Source: Podarcis vaucheri
Taxonomy: Eukaryota
Assembly (NCBI GenBank): GCA_965113315.1
Contig: OZ220369.1
Strand: one strand, 5' to 3'
DNA: 64,000 nucleotides
Each line of letters starts with the position of its first letter. Position 1 is the first letter of the stretch. The translations under genes were made by a program, and so were the position numbers. Below, in pieces: positions 22,421 to 34,963 of this stretch. The notes beneath the pieces were generated by a model. It saw only the letters and a list, made by a program, of their open reading frames with translations. It did no database searches and had not been told where the DNA came from.

Positions 22421-25400
22421 AAGAACTTGTTGAGCCTTGTCCATTCAAAAGACAAAGAGTGGAAGTCCAAACAACCTCATTCTTTCGTGACTTCAAATCT
22501 TCCAGTCTGCCAAAGGATCCCAGGCAGCAGTCCAGTGCAGATCTCCAGGAGAGGCGCCCACAGGGTGCTTCCTTCAGGTTTAGAGCTGGAAAGAATCCAT
22601 AAAAGTTCATCACCCACCCAGATCGCACAGGTATGGCAGAGGCCTGGCTGCTAGGTTGCTGAAGGATGCTCAGAGTGCAACATCTTGGAGATGGCCAAGG
22701 TCCTCAGGACTGGGTTTATGACATCTATGGGAGAATTGCATGCCCTCCCAAGTCATCCCTAATCCTCTTAGCCTCTGTTGGGCAGAGGGGCCACTGAACC
22801 AGCCCTTGCCTGCTGTCGAAGAGACCCTCTCACCTACTAATCAAGGCCCCACTGAGAAGGGAAGATTAAAAAATCACAGGGAAGATTACAGATTTCATCA
22901 GCACCATGGAAATGTGAATTTTGCATGCAGGAAGCATCTATGCAGACAGCCCTTTACTTGCCTTGATTGACTCACGTTCCAGAATGCTTAAAATGTGCTT
23001 GGCAAGGTTAGGGCATGAGGGAAAGGAAGGTTTTGTTAGGCTTATCACGTTGTGCCTATGTACATGCCATATATTTAAAGCACATTGCTTCCCCCTAAGA
23101 GTGCCAGGGACAAGTTTGTTAAGGGTGCTGGGAACTCTAGCTTTGTGAGGGGTAAACTACAATTCCCAGGTTTCGGGGGGGGGGGATAGTGTACTTTAAA
23201 TGTATGGAGTGGATATAGCCTATGTATTTCCTCCCTCCCCCTGTCCCCCTGGGAGCTCACTCACATGTGCATTTCTCCCAAAGCAACTGTGTAAGAGAAG
23301 TGAGTCACACAGCAAGCTTCATCCCTGAGCAGGGGCTTATCCTGGTCTCTCTTCCCTGTCTAATGCTCAGCCCACCACCCTGCACTGATTTCCCATCTGG
23401 TGCATGGATGATGAGCAGGAAGGGCAAAGGGACAGATCATGACAGGCGGTGGAAAGGGATAATAGGGTAAACACCAACCATAGCCTTCCTGGTTGTTCGC
23501 TTATAGTTCACCATCTGGCTAGAGGCTCCCTACTTCTTCATGAGAGGGTTCCAGGTTACCTGAAGTTGTGGCTGGTTCTACCTTTGCACAGTGCCCTGGT
23601 GCTGCTATCTCGGAGGCCCGCTTCTTGGAAGCATTTGGTCCAGCCTGTAATGCCCTGGCTAGGAAGCACGATGAGCTCATGCTGCTTGTCCCACTGTTGG
23701 CTTGTGCTGAGCACAGCTGGGAGCAAATGCGCAGGGCCTCGAGTGTGCTATTGATCCTCTGTCTGTGCGGGAGACGGGTGGGGGGAGGAGCTGGCTAGGC
23801 GGCTGCAGAGCTGTGCTTTAGATCAAGTGGATGGCTTTCTCTTCCCTCCCCTGTAGATTATCTAAAAATAGCCTTGCAGTTGTGGCATCCATCCTAAAGG
23901 CTGCCGTGGCCCCTTTAACTCCATTCCAGTCGAAGCCTTTTATGTCACATAATAATTTGGAAAGAAGATGTCCAAGAAGCTGTTTCTCCCAGCTTTCTTA
24001 CTACTTAAAACATCCATATCTGTGCAGCCCTTTTAAGGACATGGCTCTGGTTTTTGTGCCCAGGACCATAATATCTGCAGCTGATTGTCAGTAGAAGTGT
24101 CTACTGGCTAGAGACTAGGAACACAAAGAGGTTTGCCGAATGTCATGAGATGCGAACCCCCCAGCATCTCATGGCCAGAAACAAGTAGGTGCGGCTCCAT
24201 CATAACCGTTAAGGCAGATGGACCGGTTTGCGGGAATGATCCTGCGTGGGACTTCTTAAGTTCTTTCTTCTGAGAGAAGAGAAGAATTTGGTGATGTGGG
24301 GGAAAGTCCAAACATGCTTGTGCCAGAGTTTTTTTTTCCTTTGGGGGGAGGGTTATTCCAGTCTGAGGCCGCCAGCAAATTCTGTACATTCAACAAGGCG
24401 TTTCTCCAGTTGCACAGTGGGCTTCAGGGCCAAGAAGATGATGTGGCAAGCTGCCCGGACTCTTTCTGGGCAAAGGCAGAGCTGGGGGAGGATGGCAAAG
24501 ATAGGAGGATCAGAAGCTGGACTGTTCTTCCAAGTAGACTCCTAGGCATGCTGTGCTAAATGGCACCTTTGCAAGCCCCCATCTCGCCCTCCCTGCTGGT
24601 TTCCATTATATGTTTGCCTGCTCAAATGGCGAACCACCAGATTGGCTCCCCAGGGTGGAAGAGAGGGCCAGTTCCATTTCATCCTCACACTTTCCTCAGA
24701 ATCTGTTTATGCAAATGCTGCTGTTTGCTTTTCCTGGCGGGGTGTACTTGCTCTGCTTGCTGAGCAGATCTGCTCCCTGCTTTGCTTCCCCCTTATTTCC
24801 CCTTTGAGAAAGCTGCAGCGAGGTGTGCTGAGTTGTCTTCATGCTTGAGGAAAGTCTTCGTACTTTTTTCAAGCTGCCCTTACTTTTATTTGGCAATATT
24901 TCTGTGACTGCATTGGTACATGCCCTCGCTTTCACAGGGCTTCGCAAAGATGATAATGCTTTCTTGGTCTGGAAGTATCCTGTTCTGTTCATATGAACAT
25001 GTGGATCCTCAAATATTTCCTTGTACCCCACCTTTCCACTACCCAGTGGGTTCTTCTGGGGGAGTGCAACCTTGTCAGAAACAGGCTGAACATCTAAACC
25101 TCAAATGAGGGGTAAATTTGTAAGAGTAAGTGGATTGTGCCCCACTGCCCCAGACAGAAACAACAATTTTAAAGGGGGCAGGGAGCCAGGATAATAACTA
25201 TTAGCTTCCCCGGACTCTTGACTTCTGTTTTAATGAGGAGAAGGCCTGGCTTGTGATCTTGAAATACTTGGGCAGGCTCTCAGAACCAGCAGATCAGCTG
25301 CCTTGTCATGTGAGGGCCCACCCAGAGGGGAAGCAGAAAGCTCTGCTGTGAGTAAATGACTTGCTCTGGTGTGCTAGCTAATCCCCTTGCCAAAATGCTG

Positions 25401-28400
25401 GCTCTGAATCTGTAGCTCTGTCAGACACAAAACCACCCACAGAGGTGGGTTGCCCCCTCTGTCTTCGAATTGCTTGGCTAGCACTTCATGGAACATGTTA
25501 AAGTGGGCTGGACCTCTGAGATCCTAGTAGTGGGCTGGAATCAACGCCCCCCCCCCCAGTGTTTCTTCACCTCAAACTGCTTGATCGAGAAGCAAGTTGC
25601 TTTCCCCTCCCCTTGCAATGGGCTGGGGGGGGGGCAGGTGAAGCAAAGGATTTTGATCTTTACAGTGTCAAATGCCTTGACTTATGCTCCTCCCAGTGTA
25701 TCCCAGCCCATGAAAGAAGTCAGGGAAGAGAGGTCAGGGAGGCAGCAGATGTCACAAAGCCAGCCACTTGTGCTAATCTGAGCTGGCTTGTGAAATAGGC
25801 TTTGGGGATTAGGCACTCAGAGCAGGGCCTGAGTCAGGGACCCACAGAGCAAGAGGACAGGAGGATGCCGGGCTTAGAGCCAGACATGGCCTTCCTGGAG
25901 TCTTGCTTGGGCATCACCCATTTCCAGCCTGGCATTCAGATTTCATTTCTGGAGGGAAGTTCCTAGCGTCCAGTTGTGGTGAAGTCTTGTGTACCACATG
26001 GGTTGACCTTCAAACCCTCTTAATCAGCAATTTTTCCCATGCGGAGAAATGTGTGCATTAACCCTTCCCTGGCCTGGGGCTGATGGGCGCTATAGTCCAA
26101 AAACATCTGGAGGGCAGCAGGCTGGGGAAAAGCTGGTTTGCCCCATCAGGTGTTGACATTTTGTAGGCGACTGTTTTGCCTTGTGTTCTGGCCTGGGAGA
26201 GCAGCTCTGTCAGTGGAGTCACCCAATAAACCTAAGATGTTTCTAAATGTGTGTACATTCCACCCACCCACTTTTTCACTGTGCACCTCTCTTGCTATAA
26301 AACCCTGCAGAGGTATGAAGCATCCCTGTGAAGATCCCAGGTATTGTGCCCAATATGCAGAACTGACTGCCTTAGGCAGGGCAGCCATCCCTTTGGGTCC
26401 AAATTGGCTTTCTGGATTGCAGGCATGCCTCCCCTTTGTGCTTCACCACCACGACCGCCCTCTCCGTGACCTCCACACTTTCCCCTTCTGCCTTGTTTCA
26501 GTCAAACAAGAGCTTACTCCGGAGAGGGGTCTTTCTCCTGCCATGTGCCTCTGGAAATGGGCAGGGCAGTCAAGGGTGTGTGGCGACAGGGAGGAGGGAC
26601 AGGCACACACCCAGGTGCCTTGTAGTTGGGGAGGGAAGGAATGAAGACTGGCTTGTGTCTCCATGAGACTTGGGAAGGGGGAGCCTACATCTTAACAACA
26701 TCTGTTTCAGTGATGAATTGAGAGGCAAATGTCTTGGGGCGGTTCTGTTTTTGTTCTTTGAGCTGCTCTATTTTTATCTTCCCATGTGATGTTCCTTTAC
26801 ATCATATTTACCAAGCTGAAATACAAAACATCCTGTAGTAGTATTAACCGGCTGGAAAGTCTCTCCTGCACATCAGGTTTCACTTAAGATAATCTGCCTG
26901 CCTTCCCTGGTGGCGGCGGCAGCAGCAGCAACAATCCTAGTGCATGTTTGGGGATGGAGAAGGGGGTGTGGGGATCTGCTCTTGCACCCTCTCATAGGAG
27001 CTTGATGGTCAAAAGGCAGCTTCTGCCTCCTGAGTGGTTCCTACTTTTAGAAGCATAGGATTGGTGGAGCTGCAGCTCTGTGAAGCCCTTTCACAGCCCC
27101 ATCTGCCTGGCGGACAGCTGGGGGAGGGGGATGAGGGCTGGAAGATCATTGGTCTCAAGGCACTCCAGGAACTTTCCAGTGGCCCCCCTCCAACCTCCCT
27201 CCGTTTCTGCAGAAGAGCCAAGAGACAGAAAAATAGTTGCTCTGTGAATGACACAGAATTTCTTCCATCTTGCTCTGCCCCAGAGTCACAAGCAAGAGAT
27301 ACTGAGCAAAATGCTTTAGACTAGAGGAAGGGGTTTGTAGAGGCTCTCAGAGCAGTTTTCTGTTGGGGGGTGGGGAATAGTCTGAAACGTTTCAGGGGGG
27401 AACTTGGAAAAGAGCTTGAATAGCAAAGGGCAAGCAAGCAAATTTGGGGCTGATGTACATCCAAAATGCTCTGTTGGCCTTTACAGACAGTTATGACACC
27501 TAGTTTGGGGACTGAAGCTGCCATGGTTGGGCTGGCAGACTCCTGTTGTGGTGACGGAAGAGGAAAAAAGGTAGTGGGAGGGAGTCTTGCTGAATCTCCT
27601 GGGCCCCTCATTAGCATTTAGAACTTTTGGCCTCCTCAGAACCTTTCTCTGTTGACAGCGGAGGGCACAGTGTTGAGCTAGGGCTGCTTCTGTTTTACAA
27701 AAAGCTACCATAATGCAGTGCTGAGAGACAATTGTCCTGCCACAAGAGGGATGACTCTGCAGGGCAGTGCCAAATTGCAGTCTTCTGTGGTGTTGACCAT
27801 CTGTATGGAACTGCGGGAGAGGAGAGCAAGTTAAGAGTGTCTAGTCCTCCTGTTGCCTTTCTGCAAGGAATAAAGCTGGGCTTGTGGGGAATTTTCCTGG
27901 GCAAAAGCATATCATGCAGTTACACGGTGTAGAGCTGGTCTAAAGAAAGAAGATTGCCTTTAGGAGACTTGCCCAACCAGCTTGTTTTGGAATACTGCTC
28001 CCACCAGCCCTAGTCTAAAACAACTAGTGTTTCTGACTGATGGTGAGCTACCTGAGTAGGCCCATGCGTATCACACAGTTTCCTTGAACTGCTTATCCTT
28101 TTAGGGAATCTTTCCAGAATCCTCCCATACACCCAGCGTTTGCAGATGCCAGAGAGGTAAAACTGCTTCCGGACAATTTCTGCAGAAGTAATGAACACAG
28201 GCTAAGCCTGCAGACTGCTGGGCTGCTGGGCAGAACTTGCCATTATCTTCATCTCTGAGGAAGTAGAGGGAGAGAAGAGAAACCTTAAGGGAAGGGGGAG
28301 CTCAGACACTTGTTTAATACCAGGTGATGATGTGTGTGATAGAGAAGTTGAATTTGGGCACATGTAGCATTTTCCCGCTTGATCAAGCTGTATGGCCGAC

Positions 28401-29792
28401 CAGGTGGTGGAGTTGAGAAATTCAAACTGTCTTCTTTCTGAGCTTCCCGCTAGAGTGCAGTCTGCTGTGGCAGGCCACGGAAACATGATGATGACTAGAG
28501 AAGGCATGTGCTGCTCACCTTGGCAGTGAGAGTTAACACCATCATAGTTGCTTTCCAGGAAACCTCTGCAGCTTCTCCCTGAGCAATTCCCCTGAGACAG
28601 CCCTACTCAGTTGCAACTCACCCTTGTGCTCACTGTGGGCAGCTGAGGTGTCTCAACACAACACTTGTGGGCTTAGGCTTCTCTGTATGTGTACTAACAG
28701 CCAGTCTGGTGTGTTGCGTATCTGTGAAGCCTCTGATTTGTGAGTATCAGCATGAATGAATCGGTTCAACTGTGTTTTCCTAACACCTCCTCCTGCCTTT
28801 CTAGTATTTCTGCTCCTATAAATAGTAAGGCGGGTTTAATTGTATCTTCTTGCTATGCCATTGTGGGCGAGCCACCCATTGGTGGCAGAAGCTGGAACAG
28901 AGGAAGTTAAAGGGATCTGGGAGGCGTGGGTGGGACTCTTGGAAGCCTCTCTGCTGCTTGACTGTTTCTATGTTGTAACCGTGCAGATTAATTGAAAACT
29001 GGCTGGGCAGAGATTAGGAGCTGTGAGATGGTGGGCACAGGAATACAAAGCTGAGGTCTTGCTATGGATGTACCTTCGTAGCAGGAAGTTGGTCTCCTCT
29101 CTGCATGCCTCACACTGACCGCCGCTTGTTCAGTGTATCCAAATTCAACAAATTTTGCTGCTGAACCAGCAGCAGATTGAAATAGTGAAGCTGCAGCCTG
29201 TTTCCTGCTTGTGTTGTGCATTGTGCAGCAATATTTGCCAACTCCTGACCCCAAATGAGACATCTGTGATTTTACAAGCTGCCTGGCGGGCAGGGAGAGA
29301 GGCTGCCAGAGTGGCTTTTCTGGTCCGTTCTGCAGTGGTGCACATCATCTTTACTTGTCATTCATGAGTGTGGAGCCCAGGAGTGCTGACTGAAGAGCCA
29401 AGCATTGACTTCCCCATCGACAGACGATTCGTGGAACTGTCTGACCTGCAACTTTTTTTCCTCTTGAAAAGGCATGATCAGCATCTGATTGTATAAGGGG
29501 AAAAAGAGACCTATGTTAGGGGGCAATCCTTGAAGCTTTTCCTGTGACCTGGACATTCTGCCCAATTACATCAGGTCTGACCCTTGCAGATAACTTCCTT
29601 TGAAGAAGGCCCTGTTCAGCCTTGAGTATCAGTTCCCACCCACCCCTTGTCTTTCTGTTGTTTTCCATATATTTGGACAGGATAGTAAGCCTTTGTAAGA
29701 GCCAGGAAACAAGTGGCTTGGGCACTTAAGTGCCTCCAGACTCTCCAAAACCTTACAAAAACAAAGGAACTGGGTGCTCGTGAAGAAGGGCT

Positions 29793-29794
<2 letters not shown>

Positions 29795-29826
<32 letters not shown>
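29795..29826. repeat. (GA)16 microsatellite
   Basis: Direct reading. Confidence 0.95.
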
Positions 29827-29829
<3 letters not shown>

Positions 29830-30232
29830 GCATATTTTGTTTCCTACATCCAAAGAGTTATACCCTAAGTTTGAGGAGAGGCTTTGAGAATGATATTTGC
29901 CTGCCCATTCTGCACCTTTTAAACATTATGCTGTTTGATTGAAGGTTTAAACAAGTATTAAGGTTGATCTTTATTGCCAGTGCCTACCATGACCACCACT
30001 CTTTCTAGCAAGAGGACACACTTTCCCCTTCAAAAGAAGTTTGGCTTTGGGGTTGTCTTTTGCCTCTGTTCTCCATGGCCTAGTGGCCGACTTGAATCAC
30101 AGTTTATCTATGCTGGCTGGGGCTGATGGAAGTTGTAGTCTGAAACATCTGGAGGGCATCAAGTTGGCAAAGGCTGTTTCTTGGACATATTGAGAGTCCT
30201 GTTGTGCAAGGTAGTCTTGTGGGTTCATAGAG

Positions 30233-30786
30233 CAGTGTTTCCCAACCGGTGTTCCGCGGCACACTACTGTGCCGTGAGACGTTGGCTGGTGTGCCGTGGG
30301 AGGGAGGCGGGCGAGTCGGGCGGTGAGAGGCGGCGGCGGCGAGGATCCGCGTCGAGCCGGGGGCGGCTCCGCGGTGGTGGTGCCGAGCGGCGGGGCAGCG
30401 CGTGCAAAAGGGAGGAGCGCGAGACAGCGGAGGAGGAGGAGGCCGGCATGTCCGGGCAGCAGCAGCAACAACAGCAGCAGCAACTCCCGGCGACGGCTCC
30501 TCAAGCCCCGCCGCCGCCCCCTCCTCCGCCCGCTATCGCCGCCACCACCACAATAGCCGCCGCCGCCTCAGTTGCCGCCGTCCCTCAGTCCCTCGCTCTG
30601 CTGCCTCCTCCCACCCCCAAAGCTTGGAGGTTCCCCGGCAAGGGGGAGGGAAAAAACTTTCACTTTCGTGCGTCCCTCCCGGCGTGACGCTGCGCGCTGA
30701 CGTCACGGGGCTGTAATGGTGGTGTGCCGCGAGATTTTTTTCAGTAAACAGGTGTGCCGTTGCCCAAAAAAGTTTGGGAAACACTG
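30233..30786. mobile_element. hAT-family non-autonomous element with GC/CpG-rich cargo
   Basis: 13-bp perfect TIR CAGTGTTTCCCAA; perfect 8-bp TSD TCATAGAG (30225-30232, 30787-30794); subterminal GTGTGCCG repeats at both ends. Confidence 0.93.
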
Positions 30787-31155
30787 TCATAGAGCATCTC
30801 TCCTGAGATGCTTCATCTCCATACGATGTTTTGATTTCCATTTTCCATATCCTAGCCTGCTCTATAGCCGTGCTTAGCTGGGTTACTTTAAATGCTTTTT
30901 GGAATGACTTCCTAATAATCAAGTTTTCACTTTTATCTGTCACCTTCCAGCTTTGGTTTTCTATTGCTGTGCCAGGTTTGTGCCAATGTCTGCATATAGG
31001 AAATGCATTTTTATGCCTTTTCAGTTCAGAGGCATCTCCACACCTTTCCTCTCCCTGTGACTCAGAGGAGCACCAGAGTTCCTGATCTCTTTTATGACTG
31101 TGTAAAACAAAGAAGAGGCTAAAACAAATGGTAGTGTGCCTTCACTATGTATGCA

Positions 31156-31318
31156 GGGGAAGGGCCACGGTAGCTCAGTGGCAGAGCATATACCTTGCAT
31201 TCAGGAGGTCCCCCATGGCATCTCCATGTAGGGTTGGGAGATCCATGCTTGAAAGTCTGGAGAACTGCTGCCAGTCATTGTGGACAACAGGAGCTGCTTG
31301 GTATAAGGCAACTTCATG
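31156..31318 (+). mobile_element. tRNA-derived squamate SINE (Squam3-like), partly deleted
   Basis: gtagctcagtggcagagc A-box head; ctggagaactgctgccagtc body shared with the 36350 copy. Confidence 0.65.
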
Positions 31319-31469
31319 TAGCTGGAGAGAGTAAAGCTGCCACTTCAAATCAGAGCTAGGATTGCCCGCTGTGATCACGGGTGACAAGCAGAGCTTAGAA
31401 ACCCACCTGTACTTCTACAGGCCCTTCTTCCTTAAACAGAGTTAACTTCCTCTCTCCTCCTTCTTCCAG

Positions 31470-31602
31470 GTACCAAAGGCATGGAGTGCTCTCCCTCGAC
31501 ACCCACCATGAACTCCTACTTCTATAAGTTCATGATCAACTTGCTCAAGAGATTCAGCAGTGAGCGGAAGCTCCTGGAGTTGCGGGGAGCTTTCATCATC
31601 AG
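31470..31602 (+). CDS. VAC14: VAC14 exon 14 equivalent, [45 protein letters not shown]
   Basis: Strong pyrimidine tract ccag|GT, AG|gtgagg donor, 133 nt. Confidence 0.97.
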
Positions 31603-31811
31603 GTGAGGCCACATCCCGCCTTGAATTGCCCCCTCTGTGCTTCCAAATGCCTTTCTGGTTTCTGTGTGTTCCTGTGTACAGGTTTGGAGCCTGCCTCAAG
31701 TGCTGGGTTGGGTGGGGCTTAGTTCTCTTCCTGCAACCAGTGGTACCTTCCTCTCAGCTCCCTCATGACCCTTCTATTGGTGTGAGGTCAGGAGACAGGC
31801 TGTCTATGGGC

Positions 31812-32036
31812 TGTCGGTAGTGGCACCTGCCCTGTGGAACACCCTCCCGTCAGATGTCAAGGAAATAAACAACTTTCTGACTTTTAGAAGACATCTGAAG
31901 GCAGCCCTGTATAGGGAAGCTTTTAATGTTTGCTGTTTTACTGTGTTGGATGTTTTAATTTGTTGGAAACTGCCCAGAGTGGCTGGGGCAACCCAGTCAG
32001 AGGGGCGGCATATAAATAATAAATCATTATATTATT
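31812..32036 (+). mobile_element. L2 LINE 3' end
   Basis: APALWNTLPSDVKEINNFLTFRRHLKAALY ORF2 C-terminus, 3' UTR, AT-rich (TAA/TAT)n tail. Confidence 0.8.
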
Positions 32037-32059
32037 CTTCCTTTGAACTTAACATGTGA

Positions 32060-32485
32060 ACATAAAAATAGGCCACTGGATCAAGCCAATGGCCCATCTA
32101 ATCCATCATCCTGATCTCACAGTGGTCATCCAGCTGCCTGTGGGAAACCTGCAAGAAGGATCCGAGCTCAAGATCAAGCTCCCCTTCTACAAAGTCCAGC
32201 AGCTTTGCTGCCTGGCAACTGCAGAGGCAGAGCCATCGTGGCTACTAGCCATTGATAGCCCTCTACTCCAAGAATTTGTCTAATTCTCTTTTAAAGCCCT
32301 TCAAGTTGGTGGCCACCACTTCCTCCTGTGGGAACGAGTTCCAGAGTTTAATTATGTGGTGCATGAAGGAGCACTTTCTTTTGTCTGTCCTGAATCCTTC
32401 AACGTTCAGCTAAATTGGACGTCCATGAGTTCTAGTGTCTAGAAGAGCAGGAGAGAGACTTTTCTCTCTCCACTTTCTCCATGTT
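32060..32485 (-). mobile_element. CR1 3' fragment
   Basis: ctggatcaagccaatggcccatcta terminus; aagttggtggccaccacttcctcctgtggg ORF2 end. Confidence 0.75.
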
Positions 32486-33085
32486 TGTTCAGCTTTTCCT
32501 CACCAAAGTCAGGGGAGGGGAGAGTAGAGCCTCTGGCTCTTTGATAAACGGAGATACAATGGAGGTGAAGCAGCTGTGAGCTGTACTTCTGTGGTGGGCT
32601 GCAGGCTTGCCTGGGACAATGCTCTGCTCAGCTGGGGCAAAACTAGGCTGGCCAGTCGCCCTCTTTCATCAGAGTGTCTCTCCCCCCCCCCCCCGCTGCC
32701 GCCAGCTCATTTGCTTTATGGAAAGGAGCAGCTCATGAGAGGCCAACTGTTGTTCATGAATGCCTTTTAGTCCAAGTGAACTGCATGCAGCAGCCCATGT
32801 GAGGGGAGGCAGCAGCCACAGGTTTCAAGCCTTGGGTTTCCTGTGTGTCACAGAGCCAGGCCTGCTTTTGGCTACCCTAGATTTTGAGGATGCATTCCTG
32901 AATGAGAAACGAAAGGATTCTGTTCAGACCGAGAGCCTACAGACTTTGGCACCATTAGGATGTGCCTCTGTGTGTGTCAGGCGGAGAGAAGACTTCTTAA
33001 ATCTCTCCAATTGTGGGTCAGAGGATGCAAGGGCAGCTGTGTCAGCAGGCCTCACTCTTGCCATGGGCTTGTCCACAAACCCACT

Positions 33086-33545
33086 CATAGAATCAGAATA
33101 GTAGAGTTGGAAGGGATCCCATCCAGTCCAATCCCCTGCAATGCAGGAATCAGAGCTAAAGAATCCCTGACAGATGGCCACCCAGCCACATGTTTAAAAA
33201 CCTTCAATGAAGGAGAGTCCGTTCTACTGTCTACCAGCTCTTTACTGTCAGAAAGTTCTTCCCAATATTTAGTTGGAATCTCCTTTCTTGTAATTTGAAT
33301 CCATCGGTTCACGTCCTCTCCCTCTGGAGCAGCAGAAAACAAGCTTGCTCCATCTTCCATGTGGCAGCCCTTCAGATATTAGAAGCTGGCTATCGTGTCA
33401 CCTCTCAGTATTCTCTTCTCCAGGCTAAATATACTCAGCTCCCTCAACTGTTCCTCATAAGACTTGGTTTTCCAGGCCCTTGATCATCTTGGTCGCCCTC
33501 CTCGGCGTGTGTTCAAGCTTGTCAATATAATTCCTAAACTGTGGC
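33086..33545 (-). mobile_element. CR1 3' fragment with ATTCT-type tail
   Basis: catagaatcagaatagtagagttggaaggg tail; minus ORF MEDGASLFSAAPEG is the CR1 ORF2 C-terminus. Confidence 0.85.
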
Positions 33546-34531
33546 ACTCTCATATTGCAAGAGTGGATCACCTTGAGAACAAATTATTTTTATTAGTTAT
33601 GTCTATTTTTATCCATGTCTGCAGCTCTTTTCCAAGTAATGCATCATGCCCAAAAGAGAAGGGATTGCTCCTGGGAGCTTATAAACCACATTTTGACTAT
33701 TGGGAGGGAGGGAGGGAGGGAGGGAAGGCAGATGGGTGAGGAGAAGGAGGGAGTGCTTCTATTTTCCTCTGTCTCTCAAATGGATTGGCAGATGCAGGGC
33801 TGATTGGAGAACATGGGTGAAAGGGCAACTTTTTCAAAATATTAAGAGCCACAGGATCTTCCTGACAGGCTTCTTTCCTAAAGGCCCTCAAGACAAATTC
33901 TGGGGTTTGGCCGCCAAATGCAGACCCCAAATGCATCGGTAGCCCATGAAGCATCTGATTAGCGAGTCCAGGTTCATTTCTAGGTCAGGCCAGCAAACCT
34001 TTCAAGCCGTCCTCCCCTCCCTCCTTCCTTCCACATTTTGGTTTTGAGTAGGACACAAACTCTTATAACTCCACTTACATAAGAGTCATTAGGATGCATG
34101 GCAGCCCACTCTGTGGCCGTTGACCATTTGGCTTGCAAGGTTGGTGGCAATCGGAGCGTTACTTTGCTGTAGCTAGAACTTCGATTCATTTTTAATTGCT
34201 CTGTGGCAAGAGGCACAAAGAACCCGCCCTTTTGTGAAGGTTGCCCTTGTTTTTTGGTTGGCATGTCCTGAACATGAATGGCTGTTCTTGTTTGCTGCTG
34301 TTGTTGTCTTCGACACGTCCAAATTGTTAAGATTGGGAGCCATTGGCCAATATTTTTGTTGGCTTCACAATGCCTCCCTCTCGCTATTCTGGCTGTGCCA
34401 CTGGGGCTTGCCTTGACATCCCTTCCCTTGAGTTTCCTCAGAGAGGAAGACTCGAGTGTGTCAAAGTGATGAAATCAATTGCCACAACTCACTCTACAGT
34501 GATACCCCGATGCAGGAATAATGCTCTACGT

Positions 34532-34963
34532 CAGTGGTTTCCAAAGTGGGCAGTACTGAGCTTACCAAAGGAGCCTTTAAGAGGCAAGAAGACGTGGTGA
34601 CGGGAGAGTGCTGGAGGTGCAAATTATTATCAGACTTTGAAAAGCTGGTATCACTGGATCAAGTTCACCAGCTTTGTTGAATTAATTAAATTGAAAAGTT
34701 TTAATTAGATTTTGAATAAACATGAAATTATTTGTTACCTGTTTGAATTTTATTATGTTATTATTCTCCTTAGTGGGTTATGTAACCCACTATTCTGAAT
34801 AGTGCTTTTCATAGCATAGGGTAGGGGGCATTGGGCATGAGTTTATGGAACCAAGGGGTCAGTGTTTTTTTATCCTGTGAAATGCCCTGAGATCTTTGGG
34901 TGAAGAGCAGTATATGAATATAATAAACAAAAATAAATGAAACAAGAAATTTGGGGACCACTG
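34532..34963. mobile_element. Old hAT element with a LINE-tail-like fragment nested at about 34862-34940
   Basis: TIRs CAGTGGTTTCCAAA / revcomp CAGTGGTCCCCAAA; degenerate TSD ctctacgt / ctctagaa. Confidence 0.65.

Noticed and set aside
22897-22917. REST/NRSE-like TCAGCACCATGGA
   Set aside because: The right half-site (GGACAG) is broken (GGAAAT).
30181-30687. CpG island or independent polyQ gene
   Set aside because: The GC-rich part and the ATG are enclosed by hAT TIRs and a TSD, so it is transposon cargo rather than a native VAC14 island or a supported gene; reported as a finding instead.
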